From contig JAJDCB010000011.1 of NCBI GenBank assembly GCA_029261065.1, positions 47,168 through 111,167 of the forward strand: a DNA stretch of 64,000 bases, in the 5' to 3' direction. The position numbers and the translations under genes were made by a program. This DNA comes from Candidatus Omnitrophota bacterium (lineage in GTDB: Bacteria; Omnitrophota; Gorgyraeia; Zapsychrales; Zapsychraceae). Under the pieces are notes generated by a model. That model ran no database searches, was not told the origin of the DNA, and worked only from the letters and a program-made list of their open reading frames with translations. Of this stretch, positions 54,501-63,500 are shown piece by piece. The stretch's first letter is position 1. Each line of letters opens with the position of its first letter.

Positions 54501-57500
54501 AATATATTTAGAAGAAATTGAACCTCTTGTCGAAATTTTACATTCTAATAATGCTTTTACCCGAATTATCCGGTTTTTTGGAGAAGATTATGTTAGTTTT
54601 GTACAGAAATTAAGAGATGAAGGGCAATTAACCAATTTCAGTCAGATTGTTTTTAATATTGTTAAGGACAAAAGGCAACATGCTGTTGTTGATATTGAAG
54701 GAGTTTTTATCGTACTTTCCAGTCGTGAATCTTTGGTTAAGAATTATGTTTCAGCTGATTGGGAGAGTTTTGAAAAAATAATTAAGGAGTATTTCCATCA
54801 TGTTGGTGTTATTCATCATAAATTATTTCAGTACTTCGAGAGACATCGTCATGAACCAAGATTGATTGAACAATTAAGAGAAGATGTCGAAAGAGAGTTG
54901 TTTAACATTGCCTGGGGTGGGTTTAATGGATTTAGTAAGGAATTCAACCAAAGATACGATTTTAAAATGGAAGATGAAATTATTTTATTGAAAAAGTATC
55001 TGCCTATAAAAAATGTTGGAGCCTTGGAGTCTGGTAATCTTTATAAGCGGGTTGTTCAAGCCATTCATGCGCGTGGACAACAGTGGCAGGATGAAGTTGA
55101 TCATTCAATCCGTGATAATGTCCTTGTTGTTGCAGGTGAACAGAATGTTTGGCAAATAAAGGAAGGAGAGGTTATAGATTCAACATGGATAGATGGGGTT
55201 TTAAGATTATTAAATCAAGATAATAAGGATCAGCTAGATTTAAAACAATTACTTGAGCAATATATCAGTACTAAACAATGGCCAATAGAAAATATTCAGA
55301 CGGCAGCCCTTCTTTGGATGATGGAAAACTTAGATTTAAGAGGGCGATTTGATAAAATGCGTAAATTATTGATGTCCAATAACGGTAAAATATGGGATGA
55401 AGATGTCGCAAAGTATCAGCAAGCAATAGATGAAATTCAAAAGTTATTTGAAGATACGTGGATTCATGATGCTAAAGAACATAATCAAGATAGAGAGGGT
55501 TGGAGCTCTTTAGTTAAAATCGTGGCAAGTGAAACGACTGAGGCAAGTAGAGTTATGATGTTTGAAAAGCTACCACGAAAAGCACTTAAAAAAGTATTTA
55601 AAAACTTAGATTTAGAACTTGTTCCTGCTCAGATTAGTCAAAGTTTATCGAAAGGTATTAATCTCTCCTTATGGGATGATGAAAGCTTTGAGAGGTTAAG
55701 AAGTGAATTATGGAGGAATAAGTTAGTTGAGAGGGCGATTAATCATGTCAGTCAGGCTAGAGAAATTGTTGCTAACTCTGATGAATGGTTGGTTGTACGA
55801 TCGGATATTAGTGAGGGAGTTAAACTCATGATGCGTGATGAATTAGATAAACGGTCTAAAAAAGGATCAATATTGGGAAGACTAGGTTTAGGGGCTCAGC
55901 AGAAGAAGGCCGATCAACCAAATGTACAATTTATGGAAAATATTCTTACAAGAAAACTTAATGACCTGTTTTTACCTATTCTTAATCACGTCTTAGATGA
56001 ATCTAGTAAATTGGAAATTGTTACAGTTTCAAGTAAGAGTAAATCTGTTGTTATTGGTGTCTTTGATGATGCTATGCATGAAATGGGAGGTTTAAGTACA
56101 GGTGTCTGTACGGCGTGTGAGCGTGATAAGCAAATTGAAGATACTCGGTATCATTTTATGAAAATGGCAATTAAGGAACCAGGAATTCAAGAAGGCGGAC
56201 GCGTTTTAGGATGGTCACAAGTACAGCTTGTGCGTGAGTCAATCACTGATAGACCTGAGAAAGAGAGTGCCAAAGGATGGAAGGTTCTTGCTATGCCTGG
56301 AATTAATATGCTTGATGGTATCGAAGCCAATGGCATAGGTAAGAGACAAGGTACCTTATTGGTATTGGAATATGCTCAACGATTAGCTAAAGCCGCCGGA
56401 ATGCAGGGTGCTGTTATACCGATAGCAGGTGTTATTCGTCATCAAAATTCTCAAGGACCAGAGGCTAAGATGGTTAATGAGTTATATGCGCAGGGGTTTT
56501 TAAGGAAGGCTAAATTAAGTAAGAGCGTTGATTTATCTTCTAGTTATTCTTATGATGACGTTTATGTCATTGAAATTCCTGAAAGTCAAATGGTGACAAA
56601 AGATACTGCTCTTTCCAGTTTAAGTGACATGTTGAGAGGTTCGCAAGAGATGAAAGAACAAATTTCAACTGATAATAAAAATGAGTCCATTGATATTAAT
56701 TTCCAGGAAGGAGTTATTCAGATCAATGGTTATCAAGACCAAAAGGCGTCACTCTTGGCTGTGTTTAATGAAGTGCAACATTTGTATAAAGATATTCCCG
56801 CACAGATTAAAGAATATCTTAATCGCTTAGGTATAGAAGGCCTTATTCAAATAAATGTGAATGGACCCACACGTTTAATAAAGACAGAGGAGCCAGAGCC
56901 TAGGGTTGTTTTGACGTTAGGAAATGATATTGTTTATGAGCCTGGAAAGGTTGAACCGATTGGGATGAGTCAAAGTTTCTATGAAATGATTGTTGCGTTA
57001 TTATTACCTGATTATGAATTTCTGAAAGAGAAATCAATCTCTAATGAGAATGCGTATTTTAAGGTTGGCGTTATTAAAGCCTTACTGAATCGAAAATTAA
57101 ACTTTGAATTTTATTACTGGGTGATTAACAAGCTTGTATGGAGTAAGAGTTATTACCTCGCCGAAAAGATTGACTCGGAGAAGAATCAAATATTGTCTGA
57201 TGTAAAAACAAATTTAGATGAGTTTACGCAAGGAAAGAAGAATACTTCTCAATGGAATGTACTCTTAAACGTATTTGGCAATTCAGATCCAGATTTTCTG
57301 ATTGCCAATTATATCCATGTCTTATTGAAAGATCAAATTCTTACAGAAGAGCAGATAGTCATGATGATTAGTCAAATCAGCAAGATTAATATAAATGAAA
57401 AGGTAAGTTTGGCCTCGTTGCGTAATGTTGTTAAAGATATTTTATTAGAAGGCCATTTCCAATTGAGGGTAGAAGATGATGTCAAAGATTATGTTAATTT

Positions 57501-60500
57501 TAATTATTTTGATCAGACAGAATCTATACAACATATTTTCAACACATTGATGCAAACTACAAATTCTAATATCTATTACAGCCAAAGGCGAAATTTATTA
57601 AGTTTAATGTTGCCATTAAGTGAAGAACAACTCAATGATGAGATGGAGCGCATTATTGAAACAAATTCATTTGATGTTGTTAATCGTAAAGAAGCTGTGC
57701 AGAATCAACTTACATCGTTGTTAATTAGAAGGGTTGGTCAAAATGCCTTTGATAGTTTAATAAGGTATTTATCAGCAGAGTCAACTGAGAACATTCCGTA
57801 TGTTGATGTATTTGCCCAAAGCCTTCCAGAAGGCGCTAATGCGGATGACTATAGATTTATACAATATAAAGCAAGAGATGACAGTCAGGGAAAATTTGAT
57901 CTTGTATATGAGGATCTCGTGGGAGATGAAATTTCCAAAGATTATAATGATTGGATTCATACATTATTTCCAATCAATGATCATGGCGCCTCCAGTCCTA
58001 TAAAAGGAAACATCTTTGAATCCCCCAATTACGTCTATCTCCAAACCAGCAAAGCCGATAAGTTACATATGTTAGGAGATAATAATCGTATTGCTTCCGC
58101 TATCATTGAAATAATCCAACCACGAGCGCCACCGGTTAAAATTTCTTCACCTGTCAATTCCTCTGTAACTATTAATGAGAAATCTATCTACTTGACCCCT
58201 TCAAGAAATGTCAATGCTGAGATTATTACAATGGACGTAAGTAAGGTTAATGTCGAATTATTTGTAGATCCAAAGGTCTTAAATAGGGATTTTATAACAG
58301 AGCCTCCTTTTGAACCGATTAAAAATATGGGTATAACGATCGAGGAGTTTGTTGAATTCAAAACAGGAGATCAAAGAGTCATTGTTGCATTTAATGGTGT
58401 CCAGCCTAATTGGGAAGGATCATTCTTAGCGATTGTTAATGGCAAATTAATGAAAAAGGAATATGGCGCGCGCGGTTTATTCCAAAAGGAAAATGCTGCA
58501 GTTGATGGTAAATTTTGGTTTATTAGTTTTGATTCAACAAATAAGAGTGTTTCCGAAATTGTTATTAAGAATGGTCAAATATCTGGTGAGACAACATTTA
58601 ATAATGCCATTTATGGTCCAGCTATTATTCGTGATGGTGTAACTTACGTTGATACGATTGAATTTGGTACAAAACCAATACGTACGGGACAACAATTAAT
58701 TTGGAGAAGAGATGTGGCAATGGCAATGTCGGCCATTGGATATAATCAAGCAGGAGCTTTGGTTCGTGTCGCTGTCTTTGAGAATATTACGATTGATCAG
58801 TTTGTAAATATATTGATCGAACAAAATTTAAGAGATGCCATTCTTCTTGGCACAAGTGCTGATGTAAAAACTTATCAGAATGTAACAATACCATCCTATC
58901 GGATTGCTGAACCAAGACCTGAATCTTATACGGCCCACTTTTATCCTGAAGAAAGACCGTTGGGGACATATATTGCTGTCATACAACCACGAGCACCACC
59001 GGTAGTAGAAGGAAAAGACAACGAGAAAGATGCCAGTAATTCTTCTCCCATCTCTCCTAAAAGTAAAAGCAGACGCTTTAGAAGTAAAAGCAGACGCTTT
59101 AGCAAAGTGATTGGTATTTCTAGGCTTAGAGAAGAAATCAGGGTGAACGATTCTTTCGATAGCTTGTTAATGTCAAATATGTCAGCGTTTCTTGACACCA
59201 ATAATTCCAGAAATCGAGTTGCTAGTCCGTTGGATAATAGCAAAGATGTCTCAAATAGAGACAGCAATTCTCAGCAATCTGATCAAATAGATCCGTTGGC
59301 TCGGTTACGTTTATTAAACTTTGAATATAAGTATCTAGTTGCTTTACTAGATTCTAGAACTGATATTCATCGTATTGTGCGTTTATTAGGAGCTGCGATA
59401 TTCAAATTTCAGTTGGTCACGTATATCATGAGTCATAACCCATTTGTCAGTTTACCTAAATTAAACAGTTTGATTTCAAAAATTAAACAAAAAAAGGTTC
59501 TTCCTCCGGAATATTATCAAATATATTACGATTATCCTCTCGCATATGGAATAAAACATTTAGAAAATGTTAAGTTTATCTCTTATGTTCTCGGGGTTTT
59601 ATTTATCCAAGGAGGACTAGGTGAGGTTAAGCCAATCCTTGACGCATTCTTTAGAGAAAATCTTGATTGTGCTACTTGCGATATAAAACCTAAAAGATCG
59701 CCATTAGTTTTATATCCAACGGGATTAACGCATAATAATTACCACAGTTCTTTTGTGAGTCATTTAAGAAAAGTTATGGCCCCATTTATTCCTGCCAATA
59801 GCCAGAAAAAGGATATGGAACAGACAATAAGTCATGTTATTTATCCAGGTGTTTTAGATGGCACTGAATCGCAGGGAGAAGAATATTATTTTATTTTAGA
59901 CAAACGTTATTCCATATTAGGGGATGCTGTTCTCACGTATATTGTAAAAGTTAATTTATGGAAAAAATTAAAGTTTACGCGTAATCATAAAACTTTTTCT
60001 GAGCTTTCAATCGTCCTTGAAAAGAATGTTTTACTTAATGAGATGATGCGGAATATTTTAACCTTATGCCCATGTGACATCAAAGGATTTAATGATCACC
60101 ATTATGCAGATCTATTTGAATCTATGATCGCTGTAGTCTACGTGGCAAACGGAGAGGGTGAGCGAGGTATAGAAAGAGCAACTGCCTTTGTTATGGACCA
60201 ATTTGTTCAGTTTTTTAGGGCGACAAACAGACAACTTTCGCCGGAGATGGAACTCTTTCTTGAACAAAAATCCCCTAGCGGAGAATCAAGTTCTTCCCCT
60301 GTTGTTCTATCAGAAAGCTACAACAACCGCATCTTTCCAACTTTAATGAAGGATCTTCTTGATAAGGCCCAAACAAATGGTTATGCGATTCTTAGTATTT
60401 CGGGTCTTCCGGGGTTAGGTAAGTCAACGACTGCCCGGGCGTTTGAAAGATATTTGAAAGAACAAGGCGTTGCCGCGCTTTATATAGAAAGTGATTGGTT

Positions 60501-63500
60501 TGGAAGACGTGATTTTAGAAATTTAAAGCTTATTTGGAAGAATCCTTTTGAATGGTTTTCTGTTTTCTTTGTTGGAGTATTATTTTATTTTCCAGGGTTG
60601 TCCGCCTTAAGAATATTAAAAATGTTGTACAAAGTATCTTTTAATCAAAAACAAATAGGGGATGTGATTAATGGAATCAGAAAACTTTCCGAGAACTTTG
60701 ATGAAGTCATCATCCCTTTTAATAGTCCTGTTCCCCAAGCACCTAAAGAATTACGATTAAAGAGAAATGGTATCCTTATTTTGGATGGCATTGATTATGA
60801 AAGTCTCTATGCTGAGTTAGCGGCAACAAGAAATATACTCCTTAAAGGAACCTATCCCCTTATGCGTAAATCCTTCCGAGATAGGGAAATCAAGCAATTC
60901 AATTTCTACAAGTTTTTCGCTTTTATAGGTTCCTATATATTTATTAATCCGAAATTGAGAAAGTACCTACAGTTAAAGCAAGGAAGATTCGAATATATTC
61001 TTCAAGTGCAAGATCGGGATAATCCTATCCTAAGAAAGAAGTTGCGAGGATCTTCGCCATTTAAAAAAGAATTAGGCCTTCAAGCGGATGTTCGTTATAC
61101 AAATAGATTGATGAGTGGAGTTTCAAAAGGGACAGCTCTTACAATCACATTGAGTTTGTCTGTCTTTGTTTTCATTCTAACTGGCGATACGGCAGCACAG
61201 ATATTAGAATTAAAAAATTCGCTTCTGATCGGTGCAGATAGTTTTGAAGGTAATTCTCATTTTGTATCTCCTAGTACGTACTCATTAAAAGATCATTTAT
61301 TAATGTTATTAGCCGGTTCAGTTATTTATCTAGTGGTCATTTTTATGTCGGTCTTAACCCGAAAGATTTTCTACTTAATGGCAGAAGAATTTGGTTTTAG
61401 ATATGAACAAAGACATGAAATTTCAAAACGTTTCTTTAAATTATTTAGACGAAAAACTTTTAAGTATCCTTATCCGCATACAACGGGCTTTGGCCATACA
61501 AAAGCTATTAATTTTTATAGTAAAAAGGCAAGCCGATTTCCTTGGAGGAAGAGAAAGACGTTGGGTCTTAAGTCTAGCAAAGGTGCATTTTCTGTTTTTG
61601 CTGTGCCACATCCGCAAACGGCACGTATGGATAAATTAAAATTAGGTCTTATCGACGTCGTGATAGTTAATTTACAAAAAGTTGATTTGTTTGTAGCCGG
61701 TGTTTTAGGTGTGATTTGGGTAGCCTATGTTTTTGAATCGCATGGAGCGACAGGAGCCACTTTGGCAATGGATATAGGGATAATAGCCTTAGCTATCATG
61801 TATATGAAGTTTTTAAGAATCCTATGGGATGAACTTTCAACCAGCTTCTATAACACTGGGGAACAATTTAAATTATCTCGAGCGCCTCCTCGAGAAAAAA
61901 TATCATTCTTTAGATCAACAATATTTTTTGGCCTAAGCTTTTTTATTAGTTTCATTTTCTATGTCAATATGGCCAAAGGAGTATCCTACCTATTTGATTT
62001 ACCTCAACAGGTTAAGTCAATCCAGCTTTCTAAATCCGAAACAATGAGCAAAATGCTTGCTCACCGTTACCTAAGACAATCTGTATTACATACTCAGGAA
62101 AGATGGAGAAATCATTTTATATATATTGAGAGCAAAACACAGATAATTGCGGAAGGTTTGGAGGAGCATAATCTATTTATATTCTTACAACAAAAACTTA
62201 TCGATGGTTATTTTAGAGGAGATGGAATGAATGACGAGTCTAAGATTGCAGTGACGACAGAGTTTTTAACGGGCTATCCGTTATCTTACTTCTTAAATCA
62301 AGGCGTATCACGCGTCATTATTGAACAAGTTCCATATGAATCAACGCAACTAAGTATCGCAGAGAAGAAATTGCATGCGCAGGCCATAGAGTTCTTTATT
62401 GAAGGCAATTTTACTCAATATATAGAAATTCTTCAAGTTTACATAGATAAAGCGATAACGATAGAGAAGAAACGAAGAAAAAGGTCTAGAGAACACATAG
62501 AGTATCTATTAAAGGAATATCCAAATACGGACCTAACTATTTTAAGCAATACAACGCTTCAACCAATAATGGCTACCGTTGATAGGCATCATTCTTCAGC
62601 CCAATATAACCATATTGAAGTTGATCCGGGTTTTAAAGAAGGCGCACATCCAACGGAAGTAGTTGTTCATCATGGGACTTACGACAAGGAATTAGCCAAC
62701 AAGGATAAATGGATGGCCATGGTATTTCCTTATACTATTTTTGCGACCATAATGGAGGAAAACGGTTTATCAGAATATGCAAGTAATGGAAAAGCGTTGG
62801 AGATGAGTAGAGAAATGATCAATCAGACCGACATCATAAAAGAATTAGAAAAGCTGTCTCAAACCTTAATGGAGGAACAGCTTCAGGATGCCCAAGGGGA
62901 TCGGTCGAAGAAAATTTTACAGTTATTCTTTCAGTGGGTAAGAAAATTAGAATTAGATACAGGAACGCAAATAATACCGGGTGATATACGTGAATTTTTT
63001 AAGCCGAAATTGAATTTTGTAAAAATGATTAATGATGACATGAGTGCATCGAAAACAGATGACCGCTTTACATCTTCGCCAATGGCTATTGTAAGATCCG
63101 ATCGGTCACCTGAATTAATCGTATTAAATACCGTTGCTCAACAAAGAATCGCTAGACGACGCAACGTTAATACTTTTATTCAGGATAGTCTGGATAGGCA
63201 ATTATCAACACCTGAAAAGATAAAAGTTATCAGCTTTTATTTTGATTCGAACGAGTTTATTTATGTTGTTTTCTTTACACTTGCTGGGGTTGTCTGGGTT
63301 CATTTGGAGATAGCAAAGCCGCGAATTGGTATTTTAATTCCAGTCTCGATATCTAAAAGGAAAATTGATGTGGGAATGCCTTGGGTAGAAACGAATGAAA
63401 AATTTATGGATAAAAATGCTGTGTCTTTATTTACTCCTCTTAAAGGAGTCGCACCGAGAAGTGTTCAATCTTTGATTAAGAAAAAGGTGAAGGCATTATT

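Noticed and set aside
11270-61639. All ten + strand ORFs in the supplied track (11270-11491, 19340-19555, 28373-28567, 34703-34921, 35165-35443, 43178-43405, 45980-46216, 49850-50056, 57800-58003, 61391-61639)
   Set aside because: Every one starts at a position ≡2 mod 3, so all are +1-offset shadows of the giant frame-1 ORF. Their products are low-complexity and not protein-like.
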